64,000 bases of DNA, taken from positions 13,248,001 to 13,312,000 of the forward strand of contig CP068257.2 of NCBI GenBank assembly GCA_009914755.4, read 5' to 3'. This document shows positions 18,300 to 29,725 of the stretch, in pieces. The translations under genes were made by a program, and so were the position numbers. Under the pieces are notes generated by a model that saw only the letters and a program-made list of their open reading frames with translations, made no database searches and had not been told where the DNA came from. The stretch comes from the human T2T-CHM13v2.0 reference genome, Homo sapiens. The number at the start of each line of letters is the position of its first letter. The first letter of the stretch is position 1.

Positions 18300-19700
18300 A
18301 GAGACTCTTGTTCTCTTCCTTACTTTACCCCAAACAAATGGAGTCTCTCTCTCTTCCCTTACTTTCCCCCAGACAAACTGGGTCTCTCTCTCTTTCTCTG
18401 TGCTGACCTGCCTAGAGCTGGAGGAGGGGTGACACAAGCACCCCTGTGGCCACCACCACTGATACAGAACTGGGTCAGACTTGAAGCCAACACAGCACTC
18501 GGTCTCACTCAAGGCCCACAGTGACCACTGCCTGGCTACCGCCTATGTTCACTCAAGGCCCAAGGACTCTACAATCAGCAGGTGGCAAATTCAGCCAGGT
18601 TTGTGTCCTTCCCTTCAGGGCAAGGAGTTCCCTGGGGCCCTGGGCAGGTCCTGAAATGCTGTCTGGGAGCCAGGGCCTGGAGTCAGGAATCTTAGGAATC
18701 TACCTGGTACTGTATTCTACTGCAGCTGAGCTGGCACCCAAGCCACAAGACAAAGCTCTTACCACTCTTCTCCCCTTTCCTCATGCAGAGGAGTGTCTCC
18801 CAGTGGCCACCACTGCCCCAGGCTGGTGGTAAGTAATTCCTGGTTACCTCCTATGTTGACTCAAGGCCCAAGGACTCTGAAGTCAGCTTGTGGTAAATGC
18901 TGCCAGGCCTGGGTCTTTCTCTTCAGGGCAGTTGACTCCCCTCTGGCCCAGGACTTGTCCAGAAATGCCATCCAGAATCCAAGGCCTGGAATCAAGGACC
19001 CCAGGTGCCTGCTTGGTGCTCTATCCCACTGTGGCTGAGCTGGTAACCAAGCTGCAAGACATAGTCCCCTTTACTCATTCCTCTCCTTTTCTTAAACAGA
19101 AAAAAAGTCTCCTTGTGGCCAATACAGCTGTAAATGTGCTAGGTCACACCTGAAGCCAGCATAGCTGTGAGCCGAACCCAAGGCCTGCAGTGAGTACTGC
19201 CTGGCTTCCACTGTTGATTATTCAGGGCCCAAGTGCTCTTTAGTCAGCTGGTGATAAATCCTGCCCATTCTGAGTCCTTCCTGTCAAGGCAATGGGTTCC
19301 CTTCTGGCAAAAGGTGTGTCTACAAATGTCAACAGGGATAGGGCCTGGAACGAGGGGCCTCAGGACTCTGCCTGGTCCCCTGTTCTACTGTGGTTCAGCT
19401 AGTACCCAAGTTGCAAGACATAGTGCTATTTTCTCTCCCCTCTCCTCTCTTCAAGTGGAGTCTCTCCTGGAGCTGTGAGCTGCATTACCAGGGTCTGGGG
19501 GAGGGGTGGCTCAAGCACTCCCTCGGCCTCCCCAGCTGGTGTCTCACTAGATTGTATGCATCCCAAGTCCACTGCTCTGAACCCAGCACAACATCAGGAC
19601 TTGCCCAGGAATTGCAGTCCTTGTGGCCTAGGCTACCTTTCAAGTTTATTTAGGACCCCATAGCACACAAAGTGGTGGGGTTTGCAGGAACTCAGGTTCT
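18300..19700 (-). repeat. About four tandem ~340-355-bp monomers forming the 5' UTR of the old L1. The monomers are 75-80% identical to each other; the first is partial and has its own 31-bp internal duplication
   Basis: Anchor ctatgttcactcaaggcccaaggactct at ~18543 recurs as ctatgttgactcaaggcccaaggactct at ~18853 and as a diverged gattattcagggcccaagtgctct at ~19213. Aligned stretches cagctgagctggcacccaagccacaagacaaagctcttacc, ggctgagctggtaaccaagctgcaagacatagtcccctttac and ggttcagctagtacccaagttgcaagacatagtgctattttc sit ~350 bp apart. Confidence 0.7.
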
Positions 19701-19949
19701 GACCACTGGAATGGATGATTTGCCTCTGGCTAGGGCTGGTCTAAATGCTCCGTTTCGTGGGTACTGGCTGATTTCTGCCCCCTTTTGCTTTCTGCTATAA
19801 CAGGGTAGCACTGAGTTCCAGTGCAAAGTCCCACAATCAATGCATTCTCCCTCCCCAACGTGCACAGATTCTCTCTCCAAGCCACATGGCTGCTACCAGG
19901 CAATGTGGTAGGAGCGGCATTGGCAATTCAAGACTGCCTTTTCAAGACA

Positions 19950-20584
19950 CAACAAAAAAAGAAAATTTCAGGCCAATATCCCTGATGAACATTAATGTGA
20001 AAATTCTCAATAAAATACTGGCAAACTGAATCCAGCGGCACATCAAAAAGCTTATCCATTACGATCAAGTCGGCTTCATACCGACTTGCCTCCAAAGCTT
20101 GCCTCCAGCTTTGTTCTTTTTGCTTAGGATTGTCTTGGCTATATGGGCTCTTTTTTGGTTCTATATGAAATTTAAAGTAGTTTTTTTTTCTAATTTTTTG
20201 AAGAAAGTCAATGGTAGCTTGATGGGGATAGCATTGAATCTATAAATGTCACATCCGTTGCACGGACATGAATGAAGCTGTAAACCATCATTCTCAGCAA
20301 ACTAACACAAGAACAGAAAACCAAACACCGCATATTCTCACTCATACATGGGAGATGAACAATGAGAACACATGTACACAGGGAGGGGAATACCACACAC
20401 TGGGGCCTGTCGGGGGTTGGGGTGCTAGGGGAGGGATAGCATTAGGAGAAATACCCAATGTAGATGACCGGTTGATGGGTGCAGCAAACCACCATGGCAC
20501 GTGTATACCTATGTAACAAACCTGCACGTTCTGCACATGTACCCCAGAACTTAAAGTAAAATAATAATAATAATTTTAAAAAAT
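19950..20584 (+). mobile_element. Rearranged L1PA 3' fragment in three collinear pieces: ORF2 middle on plus (19950-20084), a later ORF2 segment inverted (20085-20247), and ORF2 C-terminus plus 3'UTR plus A-rich tail on plus (20248-20584)
   Basis: 19950-20084 encodes [41 protein letters not shown]. 20085-20247 is the reverse complement of the ..[31 protein letters not shown].. region (cctccagctttgttctttttgcttaggattgtcttggctatatgggctcttttttggttc). 20248-20584 reads ..ccatcattctcagcaaactaacacaagaacagaaaaccaaacaccgcatattctcactcat....gtaccccagaacttaaagtaaaataataataataattttaaaaaat. Confidence 0.8.
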
Positions 20585-21652
20585 ACTGCCTTTTCTACCC
20601 TTTTCAGGGCCTCTTCCTTAGTAGGATGTGAAAACCAGGTACTATAATTGCTCACCTGATTTTTGGTTCTTATGAGGGTGGTTTTCTGTGTGGATAGTTG
20701 TTCAACTTGGAGCTCCTGCAGGGGGAACAAACAGTGGAAGCTTCTATTTGGCCATCTTGCTCCACCTCCCACTGAAAAGTATTTTTATGCTAAGCAATTT
20801 GAAAATATTTAGATGAATAATTTTTAAATAGAGGAAAATCTCTACTCTGAAATCCAAAGTCTTCTGAGTCCATTCTGTTTTTTGTCATGCTAAAAATATG
20901 AGGCTTACATATTTTTTACACAGGCCAAATTCTGCTCAGTTAAATACAGCAGATTGTTTAGATTGGTATCTTAAACACAAACTAGATAATCTGGTTCCGT
21001 TGCTTCCATGGCATCTGAATTGGTGTCATCCTCTTTTTCAGAACAAATATCTAAGGATGTTTCCAAGGCATCACAATATTATATTGGCCTAGTTAGAACA
21101 GAAGTGTCATCTCTAAATCTCACACGTGTGTGTGAATGCAAGCACCCTTACTGGTAGAGAACCAGGAAGTCCTTGGTCTGTAAATACCCCAAGAAAGAAA
21201 ACCACTGCTAGCAATATTATAATGCATAAACTAAGCATGATATTTTTAAATATAATTCACACATCCAAGTGTGTGTTGCTGCCTTTACAGTATCCATTTG
21301 GGAAGTTGTGCATTTATTCTAATGAGATTGGCATTGTTCAAAACATGATCTGGAGTTTCTTTTCAACAATGATCTTAATTGTCTGTGGCACATATTTTTG
21401 ACTGTCCATATGGTAAAGTATCTTTATCTTTTGTGTGTAAACTTGATTTCAAAATAACCAAAAGTAAGTCAGAAGTAAATTTTAAGAACAAGAAAGACAA
21501 TTAAATTGGGAAATCCCATAAACAGGTAAGGTGGGTACTGAAGAAGATTTATCTGGATGTATTTACCTTTTGTGAGTTATTAATTTTGCTATACCTCATA
21601 CAGTCAAGTCTTCTTTGAGACAGTTTTGTTGTCTTTACCTTCAGAAGTTATA

Positions 21653-21699
21653 TTAGGTTGGTGCAAAAGTAATTGTGGTTTTTGCCATTAAAGGTAATG
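21653..21699 (+). mobile_element. Left half (~47 bp) of a MADE1 element (Hsmar1-derived mariner MITE), inserted at a TA dinucleotide
   Basis: ttaggttggtgcaaaagtaattgtggtttttgccattaaaggtaatg versus the MADE1 consensus TTAGGTTGGTGCAAAAGTAATTGCGGTTTTTGCCATTAAAAGTAATGGCAAAAACC...; the palindromic second half is absent. Confidence 0.85.
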
Positions 21700-22839
21700 T
21701 TATTAATAATATCCTGAATTTTACTCTTGACAAAAAGCATAGGTTTTATATTATCTGTGTATATGAGAATGCATGAATGTGTGTATTTTCATAACAAAAT
21801 GGAAGCAAAAATTCTATAGAATTCAATCTTTTATATTTAGCAAAAACAAATATTCCATATATTGTTTAATTCAGCATTGAATAATTAAGCAAAATACTTG
21901 CAATTAACTTGCACATAAACTTCTTAAAAGATATCACATCAAAATATGAGATTTCTTTAAGCTATGTCTTCAATATTTTATGCAAAGATCTGTTCTGAAA
22001 GATGCTTTGGCAAGAATTTTAATAATCTATAAATTTTTTTCTTTAATCTTTATAATAATCTTTATATAATAACCATATTATTTTTGTTAAATATTTTTCT
22101 CCTTTTCAAAATATTGTTTTATAAGTTCTCATGCTCTTTAATTACAATTAATATTTATAAATTTTTTCTATGATTATCTGTATGAGAAATCTTTGATAGC
22201 AAACACAGTAAAATAATGTTTTGCCTTAAGTTTTAGAAACTGAAGTTGTTATAAAACCATTCTATTAGGATTTAAATTATATCACGCCAGCCAGACTTAT
22301 TTATGCAAATGTTTTCTCCCTACCACTGTGCTCATTGAGAAGGACTGCTGACCCAGGTGTTTTGTAGCTTTTAAAATAATTGTTCAATATGATATTAGGT
22401 TGTAGAATGTGGTCACAAATTTCTCAAGTCTAGAGAAGTCCATTCCAGAAGTCTAGCAGGTCTATTCCACTGACTCTCAACTTTATTATGCTTATGCTTG
22501 ACTCTTATGTCTTTCCTATTTAACTTATTTTATAAAATGTAGAACATATGTTTTGAAAGTCAAACCATACCAAAGTCAAACCTGGTGGGAGTGCTACAAC
22601 TGTAAAAAGGTGGAAACACTCAGTAAGCAGTCAAAGTTTGGCATGGAAATAGACACGGCTGCAATAAGGTAGTGGACTTATGGGCTAAGTTTCCTTGCTT
22701 TCATACTTGCATGTAGTGTAGCTAGTTTCCCAAAACACATAAAAGGAAGTCATTTCTCTGTGAAGTGGTCTTTAGAGGAGGGTTTTTCTACTTCAGCATT
22801 ATTATTTGAGACTGGATAATTCTTTGCTGTGTGTGTGGA

Positions 22840-22995
22840 TGGGGGTGGGAGGGTTGCTGTGCTGTGCGTTATGAGATGTTTAGCAGCATTGCATCCGTGG
22901 TCTTTGTCCATTAGATGCTGTTGACATCCTTCTTCCCAATTGTGGCCACCAAAAGTGTTTCTAGACATACCCAAATGTCCACTGGGGGAACAAAA
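22840..22995 (+). repeat. Ancient mammalian interspersed repeat, family not resolved by eye
   Basis: gagatgtttagcagcattgcatccgtggtctttgtccattagatgctgttgacatcc...aattgtggccaccaaaagtgtttctagacatacccaaatgtccactgggggaacaaaaccc resembles a widespread consensus (..atgtttagcagcatccctggcctctacccactagatgcc...caaaaatgtctccagacattgccaaatgtcccctggggggcaaaatc..) that I cannot name with confidence. Confidence 0.4.
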
Positions 22996-25900
22996 CCCTC
23001 GTTCCTCACCATTTTCCCTCCTCTGTGGTTGAGAATGACTTCTCTAGATTACCATTTCAAGATTTAGCTTAAGTTTCTGACAGTGGTGTTACAGAAGGCC
23101 ATTTTCATCATTGTCATTTATTATTTCATGTTAGTTTAGTGGTTTACTACAAGTAGCCTAGGGTCAAGGAAATATATCCAGTTCATTTAATAGTATTCTT
23201 AATCAACTATGTTCCTAAGTTCTTATGTTTCTTTTAATCTATGAACCTATGTTCCTACTGTTGCCTGAAAGATTCACAAGAGGAAAAATGTACTGAGTAT
23301 AGACAATAAAAAATTTAATGTGGCCAAATATAGCATATATTTAACATTGTAAAGCATATCTCAAATATTTGCAGCATTTCATGGCAACAAAAGCTGCTAT
23401 AGAATAAGTGGGTCAGAATTACCATCAGGGAAGTAGTACCCAAAATATCTTCCGACTATTATAGGCCAGGCCAAAGCAAAAAACAGCTCAATTAGATTTG
23501 GGAGGCATTCCTTCCAGGCTGCTAAAGTATCACCAGTCAAACAGCATTCACAAGAAACACAGGTCTGAGATAACCAAGTTAGTGCTCTAATAAGACTTCA
23601 AATGCTCTGAGAACAAGCTTCACTGTATTTTTGCTCACAGAAGTTTCACATCTATCCTTGCTCAGGCCTAGGATTTTAGTCGGCTAGCAGCAAAAGAAGA
23701 TGAACTTGAAATTTCACTTCAAGAAGTATTAGGCTTTATGGAATATAAAAGTAATTCAGAAGCATAGAAAACCATGAATAATAAACAAACTCTGATAGAA
23801 AATAAATAAAGGAACTCAAGGAATTGCCTTCCAATATCCTTGGCAACCAGAGAAGCAATCAATGAGTTTTAAAACTCCCATATACATATTTGGTGCTCAC
23901 AAATACCTGAATAATAAAGACGATTATCATGCAGAGTGACAAAGTACAGATAAACACACTCCAGCTTTGCAAGTACAAAACCAGTTAAAACCAGTTATTC
24001 TACTCCTGACGTTTAACAAGTAGAGCTTTACACATATACTAAAAGCCACAGTGAACTGGGTGAAAGTTTGTTGGGCCTGGGGAGTGGGAAACTGGCTTAG
24101 TAACACCAGAGTCATCTCAGTGTGTGACCCCTGGCAAACCATGCTCCTGAGAAGACAGCAGAAGGAAAAGGTTGCTTTACCAAAGGTTAGAAATACAGGA
24201 ATATAGAGTGCGTGAATGCAAGCTATGTGACTTATGTAGGCTTTTACATACCAAAGCTGCTTCCAAAGTCAGTAGGAGAGGCTGGTCCCATCAGCTGGAT
24301 AAGCACAGCAAAAATTAAGATGGTTTGATATCCACATCTCCAGTTGCTTAAGTTGTTTACTCTGTTCCCTCTGAATCACATCACATCTTATTTTCAACTG
24401 AAACATGGAAACCTTTCTGGCCTAATACTTCTTTTCCAAATAATATTTATTTTCATGTGGCATTAATCTTTTTTTACTAATTATTCTTGGGTGCAGCATA
24501 TTTTGTAACCACCTAAGCACACACTGATCCAAAGCTGAATATTATAAATAGTTATAATCACATTCATCAAAAAGTTCAAAGTGAGAGTGGGCTAAAAAAT
24601 AAGTAGGAGTCAGAAAGAGAGAGTAGGAGATTGGGTAAAATGATAAAATAATGAGAAAAAGAAATAATTTCTATGTATCAGGTAGGAGAGAGAAGCTATT
24701 TCCTAGGGCTTTGGGGGAAATGAATTTCCCACACCAAAGGTGGAGTAGATTGAAAAACCGATAGATTGCTCTTCACTCCTTCACTGAGGTTCTGAAACTG
24801 TAGGCATTGAATGCTGCATTAAAGATACATGTGCATCTTATTCCTCATAAGTAAATTACATTGTTTTATTACTATGCTGTGTGGCCCAAAAGGCAAGCAA
24901 TAATTTTTAGTGGCTGAGAAGAAACTAGTTTCACAAACAAGGGGCACTTTGAAAAAACAAATGTACTCAAAAAGACAATGTTGCTCTGGGCTTTATTTAG
25001 AATTAAATTCCAGAACTCACTCAAAACTGCAGAACCAGTACTCAAATTTGGTACCCCTTTTGCTCATCCTTCCTAAAGTCACCCTTCACACACAAATCTT
25101 TCCACCCTCCTCTCCAGGCATTTTAAATAGCTGCAGGATTAGAAATTGCAAAACAGATGCCTCCGGCCAAAAGCACCAAGTTTTGCTGATAAATTTTCCT
25201 GAAATCACACAAATGGAAAAAACGGAAGTCAGAAGTGTACATTTTATATTCAGCAGCTAAAGTCTGAAATCTCAGGTTATAAGTAAATTATTTTGTGATT
25301 AAATCCTAATCTCATCAATTTAAAGAACCAAAAACCCAGCTCAATAATCCACCACAATCTTACCTTGAAAATGTGGTTCTCTTATTTGAATGTCTTCTTC
25401 CAGTACTAATTCGATTTCTTTTCCTGAAAATTCTGCCACATGGTGCTACTTTCGGACATTTAATATATTTCATTTATAATTACTCTCACGTGTAAATGGT
25501 ATCTTTAAATAATATGTGCAGGAGTTCTTAATAAGTTTTCACAACTCTCCTTATAAAGCAAAGCTATTCATTTTTAGAGAGTTTGAACGTTTTGGTGTTA
25601 ATTTGATAAATAACAGCTATTGGACAACTGAAGAGAATAACCACTCACAGGCAATCTTCTCTTTGTACTTGATTTTAAAATATTAATATTTCATTCATGG
25701 TGTCTTCTCAAATTAAATTTCTCAGGGTTACTGGACCTCAGATACTAAAAGGACAAAGAAAAGGGACAGATGAGAACAGCTACGAAGCGATAGTGAAAAC
25801 ATATGGTGTCCATCTTGTAAGCATAAGGCTCCCTGGTATTGCTGCCACTCTCCCTGTGCTCGGGAAAGCTGGAAGAAGCCAGTAGGCAATCTGGTGTCTC

Positions 25901-27281
25901 GTCAGAAGAGTGCCAGAAACAGGTGTTGCTGACCTAACCCTTTCCTCCTACCACAGATTCTCTTGGTAAATCCTACACTCGTTACCATAGCATTGCTTTC
26001 AAACACACTTATCAGATGAAAACCAAGTGTTCCAAAATAACAGTTTATATGGAGTCAAAATGCTGAAAATTGCTGTGATTGGTTTTTTCTTTCTCTTTTT
26101 TTTTTTCAGTTTTTAGAATCGGGTAATTTTAAAATTACAATAAAATGCACACATTTTAAGTGTTCCCTGCGTGAGTGTTGATGGTTGTATACACCGATGT
26201 AGCACCACCCAAAACAAGATACAAAACGTTTCAATCACTCCAGAAGTTTTCCTCCTTCTCCTTTTCAGTCAAACCACACTGTACTGATTTCCATTGCCAT
26301 AGACAATTTTGCCTGTCTTTGAACATAATATACTGTATATATTCTTTACATCTGGCTTTTTTTTGCCAATATATATTTTTAAGACTCATTCTTACTGTTG
26401 CATGTTATCACTAGCTCATTCCTTTTCATTACAGAGTAATATTTAACTGTATAAATATACCACAATTTGCTTACTCATTTTCTAAGAAATGGATATTTAA
26501 GTGTTTCCAGATGTTCTTGGAACAGTCTCATATAAGACTTTGTGTAGACGTATGTGATCATATCACCTGGATAAATACCTAGGAGTGGAATTCCTGAGAC
26601 ACAATATGTTTAACTTTTAAGAATGTGGCAAACCTTTCCCCACAATCGTTGTAATATTTTACTCTACTGACTTGTTAGTATTTATCTTTCTCCATATCCT
26701 CATCAATATTTGGTGCTGTCAGTCTTAGCCATTCCAGTGAGTGTGAAATGCTAACTCATTATGATTCTAAATTGCATCTCTCTGACGACTTATGATGTTG
26801 AATAGCTTTTCAGGTGTTCATTAGCCTCATCCTATGTAGGACATCTTATTCCCAAATTTTCTTTTGCTAAGTGTCTTTCCAGACTTTGGCCCATTTTTTA
26901 CTGAGCTGTTTATCTTTTTATTGTTGACTCGTAAAAGTTATTTATATATTCTGGATATGACCTATTCATGAAAAATAAGTGATGAGAATTTTCAAAGTCT
27001 GTCGATTGCCTGTTCACTTTCTTTTAATGAGCAGAAATTAAATTTTATTGAAAATCAAATATTCTTTGACAGGTGAAATGTTTTTAATTCTAATACATTT
27101 TTGCATACCCCAGGGTTACAAAGATATTATTTATTTTCTTCAAAAAGCTTTTTGATTATAATGTTTATATTTAAGTTTATGATCTATTTCTACGTAATTT
27201 TTGTGTTTTGGGTGAGGTAAGATCAGAGATCATTTTTTGTTTTCTAGTGGATAGCCAATCTTTCTTGCATCATTTGTTTTT

Positions 27282-27596
27282 TTTTTGTTTGATTGTTTAT
27301 TTTGGTTTTTTTGAGACGGAAGCTCACTCTGTCGCCCAGGCTGGAGTGCAGTGGCGAGATCTCTGCTCACTGCAAAATCCCTGCCTCCCAGGTTCCAGCG
27401 ATTCTCCTGCCTCAGCCTCCGAGGTAGCTGGGACTACAGGAGTCCGCCACAGTGTCCGGCTAACTTTTGTATTTTTAGTAGAGATGGGGTTTCACCATGT
27501 TGGCCAGGCTGGCCTTGAATTCCTGACCTCAGGTGATCTGCCTGCCTCAGGCTCCCAAAGTGCTGGGATTATAGGCATGAGCCACCGTGCCCGGCC
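27282..27596 (-). mobile_element. Alu nested in the ancient L1, minus orientation, with TSD catcatttgtttt
   Basis: T-rich tail, then gagacggaagctcactctgtcgcccaggctggagtgcagtggcgagatctctgctcactgcaaaatccctgcc...ctcccaaagtgctgggattataggcatgagccaccgtgcccggcc. TSD at 27269-27281 and 27598-27610. Confidence 0.95.
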
Positions 27597-28019
27597 ACAT
27601 CATTTGTTTTAAGAAAATATTTTCTTTATTAATCTAATTTGCCACTCTGGTCAGATATCAATGTATGTTTGTATGTATGTATCATATACGTGTGTATATA
27701 TCACATATATCTGTATGTGCCAATTTCTGGATTTTGTATTCTGCTTCATCAATCTATTATTTCGCCAACATCATATTCACTTGATTACAGTGACATTGTA
27801 TTAAGTCCTGAAATCAAATAGTGTAAATCCATCAACTTTGTTCTTCTTTATCAATATTATTTTGGTTAGTCTAGATTCTTTGCACTTTCTAACTCACTTC
27901 AAAAGAGCCTGTTTCTAGGTATTTTGGGTTTTTGATGCTATTGTGGACAATATTTTAAATAGCATTTTATAGTTGTTTATTGTTAGTAATTAGAAATGCA
28001 ATTGATATTTGAATATTAG

Positions 28020-28397
<378 letters not shown>

Positions 28398-29520
28398 CAC
28401 ATGGAGTTTTCTACACACAAGCACGTCATTTGTGAATAATGATAGTTTCACTTCTTTTTAATTTTAGTGTGTCATTTCTTTTTCTGGCCTCACTGCACTA
28501 ACTAGAAGTCACAGTACAATGTTGAATACAAGCAATGACAGCTATTCAAATATTTATCCTTATCCATATATTTCCCTTTCTGGTGCTTTATTCCCTTTCC
28601 TGTAGATCCTGGCTTCCACATGGTATAACTCCTTCTTAGTCCAAAGAGCTTCTTTTAGTATTTGCTGTAGTATAAATCTGCCACAGACAAATTTAATCAT
28701 TTTTCTTTTAGAAATAATTTTATCTTCATATTTGTAGGATGTCTTTATAGGAAATAGAATTGTGGGCTGACAATATTTTCTTTTAGCATTTTAAAGATAT
28801 TGTTCTATTATTTTCTAGCCTTCACTGTTTCTGATACTGAGACAGCCATTATTCTTGTCATTGTTCCCTTACATATAGTTATCGCTTTTATTTGTCTATT
28901 ATAAGATACTGCTTTTTATTTTGGGTTTACAGTAATTTGACCACGATGTACATAGGTGAAGATATTTTTTATATACTCCACTTAGGGTTGATTACACTTC
29001 TTTGCTGTCTTTCACTTATTTTGAAAATTCTCTTCTATTATCTCTTCAAATATTTCTTCTACCTCATTCTTTCTCTCCTCTCACAGGACTCCAACAACAC
29101 ATATGGTAGATCATTTGATTTGGGCCCACAGGTCTTGGAAATGCTCTTCCATTATTTTCATTGTTTTAAAACATCTCTCTCTGTGTTTCATTTTGGATAT
29201 TTTCCACTGATCAGTCTTTAAGTTTACCAGTTTCTTTCTCACTCAGTTCAGTTGTCAATAAGCCCATTGAACAAATTCTTCTTTTCCCATGTTATGTATT
29301 TCATTTCTAGCATTTCCAACTAACTTTTAAAACATGTGCATTTCATTGATAAAGTTGCCAATCTACTTACATACATTATCTACCCTTTCCACAAGCTGAT
29401 CATAATTATTTTAAAATTCCTGTCTGCTAATTCCAACACCTGGAACATCTCTGCATTTGTTTCTATTGACTATGTGCTCTCTTTAACATGGATTATATTT
29501 TCTTCTTTCATTACTTGTCA

Positions 29521-29725
29521 AACTTTTTATTTATATTATTTTATATTATTTATAAAATATAAAATAATTATTTTATATTATTTATAAATATAAAATATTT
29601 TATTTATTTTATATTAGTTATAAATATAAAATATTTTATTTATTTTATATTATTTATTTTATGTATTTATTTATTTTATATTATTTATTTTATTTATGTA
29701 TTTTATATTATTTATTTATTGTATA
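29521..29725. repeat. AT-rich (about 95% A+T) tandem, quasi-palindromic minisatellite
   Basis: tttatttatattattttatattatttataaaatataaaataattattttatattatttataaatataaaatattttatttattttatattagttataaatataaaatattttatttattttatattatttattttatg... Units of ttttatattatttat alternate with their reverse complement ataaatataaaata. Confidence 0.85.

Noticed and set aside
18300-19700. Tandem 350-bp array as a satellite, VNTR or CRISPR-like array
   Set aside because: It is contiguous with, and in the same orientation as, the ORF1 end of the minus-strand old L1 and ends in an L1-type 5' cap. Units are diverged copies of one another without spacers. It is interpreted as the L1 5'UTR monomer array.
23400-24200. 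Possible very old L1 ORF1-like fragment
   Set aside because: Only a vague peptide resemblance (..GNCLPISLATREAINEF..). Not supportable.
24910-25260. 116-aa plus-strand ORF (MAEKKLVSQTRGTLKKQMYSKRQCCSGLYLELNSRTHSKL...), the longest ORF outside recognised repeats
   Set aside because: No recognisable domain or motif, no splice-site context I can support, and length expected by chance in AT-poor stretches. Not called as coding.
27208-27612. 134-aa ORF, plus other 60-120-aa ORFs at 13266-13504, 28068-28337, 47172-47441, 48869-49216 and 63582-63919
   Set aside because: All lie inside Alu elements and show the characteristic Alu-encoded pseudo-peptides (..[22 protein letters not shown]..). They are spurious.
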